Positions 1-12,606 of a stretch of 64,000 nucleotides of DNA are shown one piece after another. Made by a program: the position numbers and the translations under genes. The notes beneath the pieces are model-generated. The model was not told where the DNA came from. It made no database searches and worked only from the letters and a program-made list of their open reading frames with translations. Positions within the stretch are counted from its first letter, which is position 1, and every line of letters begins with the position of its first letter. Source of the DNA: Intoshia linei (taxonomy: Eukaryota; Animalia; Orthonectida); NCBI GenBank assembly GCA_001642005.1, contig LWCA01000044.1, forward strand, positions 3,858 to 67,857, read 5' to 3'.

Positions 1-188
1 TTACATTTACATAAATTGTATCTATAATATTACAGACAAAAGATTCAATATTAAAGGTTACATTTAAAATTATATAAAAGCAAATAATGATATCCATCAA
101 TTTACTATATTTTATATTGTCTTATTCTATTATTTATTTTAATCACTAAATATTTTTGTGTTCACCTTTGAATCTTGTGAATTATATA

Positions 189-674
189 TTATAACATTAA
201 AAACTTACTTTCCATATTTGTTGAAGTTGCGTATAATATACCAAAAGTAAAGGCTATTAGGATTATTGTGACAATAAAAATTAAAAAATTTTTGGTAGTT
301 ATCTTAAAAAATGGTTTTTTCTTTGATTCAATTTTTTTTTTAGTAAAAAATGAGATTTCTTTATTAGATTTTAATGTATTACAATTGATATCGTGATGAG
401 TATAATTTTTGTTGTGATTCTTAATTATTTTTTCTCTTTTTTGAGTAAACATTTCATTCAATTGTCGACATGTATACGTCTGATTAGGTTCATTCAACGT
501 ATCTGTGCAGTAAATGGGAGACTGAGATGTACATTGATTAAAGTTGTATATTATATCCTTATCGTAGAAATTTTTACATTGATTTGGTTTAAATGTACAT
601 GCTTCTCTGTTATTTAATAAATTCTCTTCATATAAATTACTGCAATTACATTTTTTTGACGAATTTTGTGACAT
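189..674 (-). CDS. Exon of an unknown membrane protein, probably continuing toward or beyond the window start
   Basis: 161-aa ORF with a Lys-rich stretch followed by a hydrophobic segment (FLIFIVTIILIAFTFGILY). A GTAAGT donor near 208 suggests splicing to further exons. No family recognised. Confidence 0.5.
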   Translation of the reverse strand: MSQNSSKKCNCSNLYEENLLNNREACTFKPNQCKNFYDKDIIYNFNQCTSQSPIYCTDTLNEPNQTYTCRQLNEMFTQKREKIIKNHNKNYTHHDINCNTLKSNKEISFFTKKKIESKKKPFFKITTKNFLIFIVTIILIAFTFGILYATSTNMESKFLML

Positions 675-1925
675 TTCAAAATATTATTTTATTTTCGATA
701 TACATGTATATTTGTTTTTTGCTTTGAATAAAAATCTTGCAATGTATCATTAGTATGGATATCAAGTAGTAATCATTTCATCATGATTTTATGGTTGACC
801 ATGATTAATAAAAAAGAATTTAATTTTTAACACCTTGAGTAAATCTTTTCATGTAAATTTTTTATTTATTTTTAATATACACTATTTTAGTATCCTTACA
901 ATGATGAATTTAAAGATTATTTTATTATTCCATTCAATTGTTATTTGCATTGGTATTTATGTCTCGAAAACTATTCAACTTTTTTGATTAATGTGCAATT
1001 TTTACAACTGATTGTGAATAATATAAGCTAAAACAGTCCAAAATAAATAAAATTAGAATATTTATGAGTTATAACACCCACATAATTGTCCGACTTTTAA
1101 ATTACGCTTGTCGATGTAATTTTTACTGAATAACAAGTGAGACTTGACAATGAATTACAATATACTGTAATTTATAAACATTTACATGATAATTCTTTTT
1201 AGTATATCGTACATTGTAACAGTATTGTTAAGTTTTTTAGTATATTCATAAATTTATGTTTTTAACAATAACTCATGAATGAAGTAGTGCAAAATAAATT
1301 AAATACAATAACATTATCGCTCCAGGGAACCTATTTTCGGCATTACGGTGAAATTTAATAACAAACAATTACTATTGTGATTTAACATGACGAAAATTTT
1401 TATTGATTCCGTTACATAGTTCAAATTAAAAATTTGTAAATGTATAATGAATCAAAAAAATACTTAATTTACGTCTAGAATTTTAATATATTTTGTTTGT
1501 CATAAATCTGTATACACCCATAAACAAAATATTTAATAAAATACTAATTGACTTATAAGTAAGAGGTTCATCTAACAACTTGAATTATTTTAATGATGTA
1601 TTAGTAATACAGTACCACTTTGTCACATACATGTATTATCCACTTCGACAACCCTACTTTAATATACATTTTGCATTATTACGGAAAGATTATTTAAATA
1701 TGAATCAATATCATCAGTGTCACGTAATCTCGTAATTATCGTTTCCCAATCTTTTGACTTTTTCTAGCCGGTAAATATGTATAGCTATATTATCAGGCCA
1801 GTAAAAACGTGGTAAATTAAAGTCTAGAACCGTCTTTAATAACCGTGGCCCAATCTTTCTCTTGGAAAACGATTTTTCGGAAACATAAAATATAATAAAA
1901 AATAATGAAAAAATTTTTTAAATTA

Positions 1926-3067
1926 CCGTATTATTCTCTCTATAACTCGCCATTATTGGGTTTATAAAAAATTGGCGAGTTAAAGAATTTAAAACTATAG
2001 AAACAGTACATCAAACCTTTAAATTAAAGCTTAAATTGTAATTAAATTAAAATAAAAATTGTAATGAGCCATTCTCTGTCTTAAATTAAAAAAACAATAA
2101 ATATAAATTATACACTACCATATTTCTTTTTACTTATTTATATTGTTTGTTAGTTTGATTTGTATACTATCAATATATTATTAAATTATTATAGAAAATT
2201 TAATATTATCGATTTATTTAGATATTATGACGTAAAAAAATAAAATATACTATATTTTAAAATACATTCTCAAAAGGAATGCACATAACCACACCAATTT
2301 TGACTAAAAAAGTAATACCAACATGGTAAAGTGCAGAAAATTAAACTCTATCGAATGTGCGTAACAATGATGCGGTTAGTATTTAAAAACATGACTTAAT
2401 TATTAAAATATTTAATTATTTGTATTAATTAGAATTATATGATTATACTTAAATTAATGTTAATTAAAGTTTTAATTTATTAGAACCTAGAGATGAAACA
2501 CCGTTTTGTCGTTATAATTTACGATTTATTAATACAATAAATGTATAACGTAAATATTAAGTTCAATTTGTAACGCCGTAATAATTTTATGCGTATTTTG
2601 AACCGAATTTATAATCTAATTACAAGAATATTTTTTTAAATTTCGGATATATCTGTTAACTACGTTCTTATCTCACTATTCAATATATTACAAACCCAAT
2701 TAATTAAATATTTATAGGAATCATCAAAAAACAGATGTTCAAATTTTATCATATTTTTTACGCGTAACGCCGTAACGGTTTTTAACTGTAAATATACGGT
2801 TTAATATTTACTTATATGTAACATCGTGCAAATAACTATGTTGTACGATGTTATGCGCGCATTTTAAGTCTATCCATAAGTATGGGTCTTGGATACTATT
2901 TCCTGTAGGTCACTTAAATTGAAATATTTATATTTTATTTGCTAGAGAATGGTTTTTATACAAGTTGTAAAATTTAATACTAAATAACTTAGCTTCTTTT
3001 GAAAAACTTTAAGTTTATATTTTTTTAGTTTAGTTTAAATTAATGGGGAGTTGTGAAGAGAATACTG
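1926..3067. mobile_element. Tc1/pogo-type MITE, with probable nested insertions
   Basis: Left end TA|CCGTATTATTCTCTCTATAACTCGCCA and right end TGGGGAGTTGTGAAGAGAATACTG|TA. Same terminal family as 62803-63284. Confidence 0.6.
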
Positions 3068-3245
3068 TATAATAATTGTCGTGTCGCATGAAGATAACGA
3101 CGCATGGGAGTAAAATTTTGTTTTTTTGTCAAAAACTATTTTTATAGTTTCGTGTATTCCTCTCTCTTCCAATACCCTATACATCTTCCCTAACCCATTT
3201 ATACGGTTGCAATCTCTTAATCTAATCTTGTTCTTTAATTTCTCT

Positions 3246-3326
3246 AAAAAATTTGGCAGGTAGTCGAACCAAGGAATCTCCGATTATACTTCATCATAGT
3301 AGGCACTGTGCTAAATCGTCGTTACA
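3246..3326 (-). promoter_or_regulatory. tRNA-like Pol III cassette (A box, B box, T6) at a TGTAAC terminus
   Basis: Minus strand reads TGTAACGACGATT-TAGCACAGTG...GGTTCGACTA-CCTGCCAAA-TTTTTT. A-to-B spacing is 43 nt, close to tRNA geometry, but there is no intact cloverleaf. Confidence 0.5.
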
Positions 3327-3388
3327 TATTTAAATTTTTTTTTTAAAAAATTATTAACATTTTTATTTATATTTGAATTTTTATATTA

Positions 3389-4664
3389 TTAGGTGATTCA
3401 CAAAGTTATGTCGTTTTTATTGATACAATTGATTAGAGACGCTATTTCACCGATAAGATTTCACATATTTCCAAATATAAAATATTTTTTAACAATCATG
3501 TGTACGACCACATCAGATGAGAACGTAATTTATTTAAATCTACATTTATTCAATCGCCATTGTGCGAAATATTTTAATGATTTTGAGGGACATTTACGTC
3601 ATATTTTACTGTATAAGTACTTTAAGGACCTTAGTGCAGTGGTAGCTACCAAAAATATATGTGATGTGTATGGTAAGGATGTTTTAAATGACAGAAAATG
3701 TCAAAGATGGTTTAAAAGATTTCGAAATGAAAACTACACTTTAATGGATTTTCAACGTTCCGGTAGACCTTCAACTGTTAATATTAATCAAATAAAAAGT
3801 GAATTGAAAAAATCTTCAATTTAAACATATCAATCGCTTTCCATTGTTGCCAGCTGTTTAAAAAACCAGTGCCTATAATTGTTTGAAACGTTTACAAAAA
3901 GTCAATAAGTTTGGAATATGGGTATCCCACTTATTAACGATTCAACATACATTAAATAGAAAAAACATGCCAATTATTACTAGCCAGACTAAAAAATGAA
4001 CCGTTTTTAGAAAATATTGTGACTGGTGATGAAAAATGGATACATTGTGATAATACTAAATTGAAAAAACAATGGCATCTTCCCAGGAATCACCGATATT
4101 GATTCCAGAACTCCATGGTAAAAAGGTAATAATGAGTATTTGGTGGGATATGAAAGGTATACTTTATTATGAGTATATTAAAAACAAAGAAACCATTAAT
4201 GTAAAAAATTATTGCGAACAATTGGATAAATTGACCGATGCAATGTACCGTAAAAGACCTCGAATGTTCTCTAAAGGTAATATTATTTTATTACATGACA
4301 ATGCTAGACCTCATACTGCTATAAAGACTAGATAACATTTAATGGACCTTAATTATGAGGTATTAGATCACCCACCATATTTTTCAGACATTGCTCCTTG
4401 TGACTATCACTTTTTTAGGTCGATGAGTAACCATTACCATGGAAAAAATACGATTCAATTGAGCATTTAAAATCTAAGATTGATACCTTTTTGACAAATA
4501 AAAGCCAGTTTTTTTCAAAATGGAATTAAGAAGCTACCGGAACGTTGGAGAAGAATTGTTGAATGCAATGGAGAATATTTTGTAGAATAAAGGTTAATCA
4601 AAATTGTTATTATAGAAGTTTTAATTATAGTTATAAAAACGACATTACTTTGTTAATGACCTAA
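3389..4664 (+). mobile_element. Full-length mariner (DD34D) transposon with an inactivated transposase
   Basis: 31-bp TIRs (TTAGGTGATTCACAAAGTTATGTCGTTTTTA; 3 mismatches), TA duplication at both ends, 1276 bp long. Motifs WVSHLL, VTGDEKW, LLHDNARPH and HPPYFSDIAPCDYHFF are split by stops and frameshifts. Confidence 0.95.
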
Positions 4665-5417
4665 TATGTTTATTATAGTCAATAAATAAAAATTCAATTA
4701 TTCTAATTATTAAAAAATTAATGTAAAAAGCCCCTTTATTTTCTGTTGACCAAAAAATTTAATACAAAAAAACCCATTTTGTAGTTTGCTCAAAAAATCA
4801 ATAAAAATAAAAAATTAAAGTAAAAAACCCTTAATAAAATGGTAGAATGGATCAATTTCATGAAATTAAATTTACATGTATATGTGGAATGCCTTCCTCA
4901 AAGGGTTATTATATTTCTATCTATAATAAATTGTATTTTTTTTCTAGTTTTCGTTCTACTAAATTTTTCCACAACTGCATCAAAATCGATATTATCGGCA
5001 TCTCTTTTGATTATAACGGAAAAAATTCATATATCGACAATTTTAATACCGATAATTTAAATTAAACTGGTGTTAAACTCCGATATTAAATTAATAGATA
5101 TAAAACGTAAACAATGATAACAAAAATTATTCAATAAACTCAATTTGATGGGTCCGAGAAAATTTTTTTTAATTTTACTCAATGTTAATATACAAATGAA
5201 AATATTTTAATGCACATTTGTCACACCAGGGACGCCCTGTACCCACCCATATCCGCTACGCATAGGTTGTACATCATTTATTTAGAATTATGACAATTTA
5301 AGTTCCCAATATTTATTGGAAATAAAAAAAAATATAAAACAATATTAATTATATTTCTTAAAACAATAAATTTGTAACAATATCAATACATATTTTAAAA
5401 ATAATGATTCTTGGCTA

Positions 5418-6885
5418 TCATTTTTTTTGAGATTTCAATATCAAATTTTCAGATTGTAATCTAAATAATAAATTTACATAATTTAAGTTAATAAATACAT
5501 AATATATTTATTATTATTCATTGAATAATTTTTTATCAGCCCTGGTTAACAATAAAAATTCCATATTACTAATAATATTAACAACATTTTTTCTAAAATG
5601 AAACACGTAGTTAATAAAAATAGGATAACGAGCTTATCGAAAAAACTGAATAATTGAAATTATATTATAAAATTAATTATGAACATTTAAATTAAATTTT
5701 AATGCATTGATTGACACTATATTCTAATGTATGGTATTCAAACATTTTTAAAAGTATATGTTTCAGAAATTTAAAAATTATTTATTAATGCAGATGTCGA
5801 AAATTCTTTTTAGCACCAATCCCTGTATAGCAGCAAAAAAATTTGTTCTTAATATTTGAAAAATAATTAAAAATATCTTGAGACACCAAGGGTAGAGTTT
5901 CATCCACCAAAATACAAAACCAAAGCTAATTTTCCCATACTCCATAAAATTTAAACCATAATAAATTTTTTATGCTAGTTTTATCATGTACGGTACTTTA
6001 TATTACAAAATTTCAAATCAAATCAAATATTTATAATGTTTTATTATTAATTGGTGTATTTATGGTTACATTATCGAATGTATACCACGCGAAGGATTTA
6101 ATTGAAAATACCCAAATAAATTATATGATTAACTAAAGTTTTTCAAATTTCAAAATTTGAGAGTACCGTGGTGAAAATTGACTAAAACACTCAAAATTAA
6201 AAATTTTACAAAAAATAAAAACTGAAATAAATTACTTAATTTCAATTTCAACGAATATTATTCTCAAAAACATGTAAAAATGTATAAATAAAATATTTTA
6301 CCTAATAACACTTTCATTTAATAATTTGATTTCATCTTCATAATTGGCGCATTGCTTCTCTAATACCTTTGCGTATTCTATTGTTTTCGTTTCTTTTTCT
6401 TTTCTCATGCTAAATATTAAAAATAATTATTTTACATATATAATATGCCAGAAAAAAAAATTATTTGATTACTTTCTGGATTTTTTAGCAGCTTCGTTGT
6501 TAAGTTTTCGCTTTTCATAATATTTTGCGTCCTTTTTATCTGCAGACACTGGTTTACATGGACGTCTCCGTTTTTGAGGTAGATTTTTCATGAGTATATT
6601 TGAATGATTGGACGGTTCAGTTTTAAATTTTTTATATATATGGTTATATAAATGTGATATATCATTAGTAGTAGAGATGTTTTTCTTTTTTAAATTATCT
6701 ACTATATCATTCAGTGATTTTTTGCTAATATCGTTAATTTTTCCATTTTTTACAGATTCACTTTTTCCATTTTCTTGTGGCATTAATAAGGACATATTTA
6801 AAGTTCCTGGTTCATTTAATGTAACACCATTATGATTTTCAACATTTTCTAATGTTTTATCTTGGGTATTTAAATCTTCATTCAT
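5418..6885 (-). CDS. PAR-family bZIP transcription factor (HLF/TEF/giant/NFIL3-like); exons 6885-6473, 6409-6302, 5460-5418
   Basis: Basic region KKDAKYYEKRKLNNEAAKKSR. GT-AG splicing continues in frame into the zipper NMRKEKETKTIEYAKVLEKQCANYEDEIKLLNESVIR-LQSENLILKSQKK*. Confidence 0.85.
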
Positions 6886-8810
6886 CTTGCAGCAGTATAA
6901 TATGCTTATACTTAATGTTTACTATTAAAATTTGTGTTTTGTTTTTATAGACAAATACAGTTTTGGTTAAAACAACGCAATAATGATTTTGTTCTAGAAT
7001 TCAACAATACTTGATAAATGACCAGTTTATGTTTGTTCCTATTTTTATTCTAAATTGTATTATGATATAACTCCAAGTAATTCGATTGGTATTCAATTAT
7101 TTATAGAACAAGGAATATAAATGTTACACGTACAATTCCAAATTTAATTAAAATACGTGATTACCATGCAATCAAAATATGTTATGTCATAATTAATTAT
7201 ACGTTGGAGATAATCAACAAATTTATACAAAGAAAGTGTTGTCCACTACTATTGCATAAACGGACTTATAAACAAAGTTTAGCAACGGCTGGCTATTAAT
7301 ATTTATTGTGTAAATCGATTATGTCGCATTCTAGTGATTCTTAAATATAAACTCATGTAGAATAACATTTGGACTAATGTCCATTTATATAGATGTGGGA
7401 CAATTTAAGTTTAATAAAATACACTATAATGTATTAATTTTCGATTTATCAAATAGTTAACATTTTTCTGTTACACTTACCATTTATAATTATAATTATT
7501 TAATGTATTTTAGTGTACACTTTACTGTTACAATAATTGAAATTTTACATTCATGAAATATTTACAATATGAGATAAATAACTGTGATTAATACACATTG
7601 AATTCGTTGAAAATTTAGCCAATACATTTTTATTAATAAAACATTTATATATACAGCCGTTCATTTTAGCCATACATATCGAACCTTTCTTAAATTGTAA
7701 CAAATATCAATTCAAGTACTAAAAATAAAATTTTGTTGTTTTGATAAACATAACAGTTAACAATTATTCAGCAATTTATCGTACCAGAACTACACATGGT
7801 ACTACACACTTAATTGTATAACATATCATAGTTATTGATATAATAGAAATCAACGTATCCTAAATTGTATCATCACAATTTGGATCCAACAAGCTATAAA
7901 TTCTATAATCCAGAATTTAAGTTAACGATGAAATTATTCAAGCGTGTAAGGGCCATTGTAACATTAGATAATTAATTCTTAAACTAAAATAAGAATATAC
8001 ATGTTCAAAAGTATATACAATCAATTTATATACATATAAAAATTTACGTATTAGAATAATCAAAACTGTTTTAATTTTATTTATTATAATAATATTTTAG
8101 TAGGGCATTTTATGGAAAAAATTTTTTGATAAAAATTAAAAATTAGTTTTTTTTGGTAGCTTATTTTTTACCAAACTTTGCTGCGGTATTTTAAATGTAC
8201 ATTTTAAACAAAGTAAAATTAAGTATTTATGAACATTTATGTTCAAACAAACTATGATGAAATACGTCAAAGTTTGGTGATAATAATATTAATTAAACCC
8301 CTTTGAATTTGGAACAAAAATATCGTTAATAATAAATATATCGCCAAAATTGTGTAATATTAATTGTATTTAATAAAATTAATAGTAATATAATTATATA
8401 TAATGTATATTATATTATTTATTGTAGTACAGCGGTTACAAATGGGGAGGGGGATAGGATTCAGCAAGGGACTCTGATATTCCACAATATTTAAGATGTA
8501 ACTTTATTAAATTAGTATTTAGGGCCCTTAGAACCCTTCACTTAAAATTTAAAATAATATTTGAATTTTACCGATAAACAGCTCAGAAATTGTGATTTAT
8601 AAAATACAAAATTTTTATAAATACACTTTTTGGAATATTTAGTACATTTTATAAAAATTTGCATATGTTTTTCTAATAAACAATGGGGCATACAATATAT
8701 TCATACGACTAGGGCCTAGTCGTTTTTGGGGCCAATTTTGTAGTATATTATTAACAATAGCGTATAGAAATTACAATATAAACTAAATCAAATATTACTG
8801 TATACTAATA

Positions 8811-8813
8811 ATA

Positions 8814-8857
<44 letters not shown>

Positions 8858-8862
8858 TATAA
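8811..8862. repeat. (TAA)n microsatellite
   Basis: Direct run of AAT units. Confidence 0.9.
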
Positions 8863-10824
8863 TGGTTTAAGCTGTCCCTGATTAAATTAAAATTTTATTG
8901 TAGACATTATAAAATTTTGATATACAATGTAGTAAAGATACAATGCATATTTAATATTTTTATTTTTCGATCCGGTTTTAAACCGAGTTTAAATTTGTTC
9001 AATCGATCTTAAATCGGTTTTTTGGAAACACTAATTACTATTTTTCTAAAATTCTTTAAATAGGGTAATCCAAGCACATAGCGAGTGAAAGTCATAAATA
9101 AATTTTGCAAATTTCGCGGGCCGCAACAATAAAAAAATTTTACGCAATTATTTCATCATTCCTCCTCTCTTAGTTTTGTGCTTTTACCCCAATTTCAAAA
9201 TAATTTTTTGCTCTTCGACTGCTTATTTAGATTATAAAAATATTTATTTTAAGTTTATTAACACACTTATTCACATTTTATTGATCATTGCCGTTATATC
9301 GATGTCGATTTTGGTTGTGGACATTTGTAAGCAAGCATTAAGTGTCTCACCATTAGATCAAGTATAAGTGAAAAAAGTAAAAATTTACGGTTTACAATAA
9401 TATTATAATTATTGTTAATAATAGGTATAATAGTGTTACTCACAGATTTATCAGAAAATTACTACGAGTATCATGATATAAATATTACGCCAATTACAAA
9501 TATAATTAGTATTTTATAAAGTCATAAAATTAGTTTTATAAAATTTAATTATCTAAAAAGTTGGAAATTAAGAATAATGAGTACAGAAAGACACAATTAT
9601 TTCTAAAAAATTTAAATTTATGTCAAGTTATGTGGTAATTATGATATTTCTGTAAACAAATGTTATCAAACGGTGCACCTGTCGCATTTTTGCGTCTCAG
9701 CAAATGTTATGTGTGTTCAGCTAAATTGAAAACGAGTATACACCATTTCACGGACTGTCAGTTAAATAAAAATTTTTGATTTTTCTTTTAAAACAAATTT
9801 TTTTGGTAAATTTAAAAGTGTCAATTTAGGTTTAATAAAATTAAAATCAACAAATCTAGTTTGAAATTCCACATCAACGTTCAATATATACAATTTATAT
9901 ATAAGGTGTATATTATACATCCTAACTTATATAATTATATCAATAGCATATCTTAACTTATATAAAAGGCTACGCGATTTTTGTTTGTGTGTGTTATGCT
10001 TTATTTACAAAACTACCCGTCTTAGAATTTTTTAAAGACCACATTTCAAATACAGTTTTTGTCGGAACGCATATTAAAATAAATTTTAACCTCCCAATTG
10101 CACATCTTACGGGTCAAAAACCCCAGTTGTCTCTCTTTTTGAAAATCAAACGAATTGAAGAATTTAAAAAAATATATACGCTGATGCGGATTTTAAAATC
10201 ATAAACGTATTTTAATCTTTAATTTAAATCGTATTTTAGTGGGTTTATTTGTTTTTAATACGGCGTTTTATTTTAAACTGTATAAACGTGGCTACTCGGA
10301 TATATAGTTACATAGATTCTATTTTCTAGACAATTATTTTCAGTGTGGCCCATTACCCGAAAAAAATTCATAAATCAAATTAATAATTCATAGATTGAAT
10401 CAAACTGAAATATATGTACAAACCAGTACAAAATAGTAAAAAAAATTTAAGAATGAGGCAATTAATTAATTTTTATATAAAAATATAAAAGCAAAAAAAT
10501 CCAATTCGCCCTAGATAATGATTCATTACACTCACTCACACAGAGTATTGAAATTGAAATTTTTTTCTACATTGAACCTTTGTGATGAGTCATTAACTCT
10601 TAAATGAATTATCAAGTCTAAAGAGAAAAATTACGTTAAGAAATCAAATAGATTATAACATGTATTAAACCAATTTATGGTCTTCTTTTACTTGTTAATG
10701 TTAACAAACATTTTTTCTTCTACTACGAGTCGATTTCAAAGATAATACTGTTTGTCTAATAATTCCGATAAAGAAATCATATAAAATACATTTGCTTTAT
10801 AACTTTTATTAACATAATTATAAT

Positions 10825-12606
10825 TTAATAATCAAATGTAGACTTTTTAGAAGTAATAGTTTGAGGGGTATCAAAATTTAAGTCATACTGCATATTTTGA
10901 AAATTTGGAGTTCTTTGATTAAGATTAACACAATTTAGATTAATTGGATGAGGAGCATTGGCAGAATAGGAAGAATCATAATTAACCAAATTCTGGGGGT
11001 ATTCATAATCTGTATAACCATAAGATTCAGTACAAACCGGTAAGTTGTTAAAATTGTTCAGTTTGCTTGAAGGTAAAACTTGTTTAGCATTTGCTACATC
11101 TATATGATCAATGATAATTTTTTTAGAGGACGGTTCACCAATAGTATATTCACTTTCAGGTGGGATATTACAACGAATAGGCAAATTTTCGTGTGTTAAT
11201 TTTTTATAATTGTGCCTATTTGTATAATTAATATTTTCAAAGTTGAGATTCTGCATTGAGTTTTCGGTGGCATTATTGAGACTTTGTAAATGTTTTTGCT
11301 TATCACTGTAGTTTACTTCTTCTTTCAGAGGTGTATTTTCGTCAAAATTAGATTGGCAAGGTGGAAATTGGTTTCTCTCATAACTGGGCAAAATTGGAGA
11401 ATTGTCACTAAAATATTGTCTTGGACTATTATTTGAATCGTCTTTTTGGGACACTGATAAACACTTTTCTTGTTCTCTTCTTCGTAAACATGCTGCCCTA
11501 GGATTCATATTTCTACGTCTCACTTCTGACTCAAGACTTGTTATAATGTTAACTGCATCTTGTAATATCATTAATTTAGTGGATACTTTTCCATTATTAC
11601 CGGTATGTTGAGATACCATTTTACCCAATTCTTTAAATGCTCCATTTATATCACGGACACGTACTCTTTCTCTTTGGTTGTTTATTTTTCGTCTAATTTT
11701 TTCTTTTTCAACTTTTGCAGTTTTACCCATAACTTGATGAGAATTATCAATATCTACATGATTGAGTACTTTTAAATAATCTGAATTTTTAAGTTGCTCA
11801 CAATTTGAATTTTCATGTTCTTTATTTGATATCAATTCCACGTTATTATTAAATTTATTGAAATTCATAATTTCAGAATCAAATTTGCACGCTTTATAAG
11901 CCACGTTAGTTTTTCTATTGTTTAAATTGTCCACATAGTTACCAGTAAAATAATTTTCAATTTTTTTCGATTTTATTGAACTGTCTTGTGGACAATTATT
12001 TTTAAAGTTTACATTTTCAGTTTCATTGTTTTCAAAAATAAAGTGTGGATTTTGTGTTGGTGTATGTTTTGTTGGATCAGAATCAGTAAATAATTTACTG
12101 CAGGTTGAATCATCTAATCCCCAATCTTTTTCTTTGTACTGGTTTGTTTTGGCAATAGCAGTTTGATATGCATTATTCATTGATGTATTTAAAGGGCTAA
12201 TTAGGGGATTTGATAAATTTATCAAGTCTTTGTTAATGTCGACTTTAGAATTGTATTTACATGCATCATGGAAATTTTGAAGTACACAGTTCTTTTGTCT
12301 GTTTTGGTCAAAATTGTCGAGTTTTATTTCGGTAGGAATAGATGCATTAAATCCACATTCTGATATAGATGGATACGGATTTGTCTACGTTTTAATGAAA
12401 TAAAACTTATAAATGTAAAGTTTACCTCAATGAGTGAGTTTATCTGTGTCATTTCATCTGAGCCAGGAAACTTTTGTTCAAATAAATTGGAATTCATCCA
12501 TGATTTGATGGTTTGGTTTTTTTCAAATTCTACAAATTAAATAAAACGAAAATACTAATTTACCTCGCAATTCTTCAGGTGTATTTGAATTTTTTTTTGG
12601 GTACAT
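10825..12606 (-). CDS. Class I bHLH E-protein (daughterless/TCF3/4/12-like); exons 12606-12564, 12529-12426, 12384-10825
   Basis: b[29 protein letters not shown]...[39 protein letters not shown] is diagnostic of E-proteins. Introns of 34 and 41 bp join the upstream exons in frame. Confidence 0.92.

Noticed and set aside
7120-7260. D-box-like sites upstream of the PAR bZIP gene
   Set aside because: All are imperfect matches, as expected by chance in AT-rich DNA.
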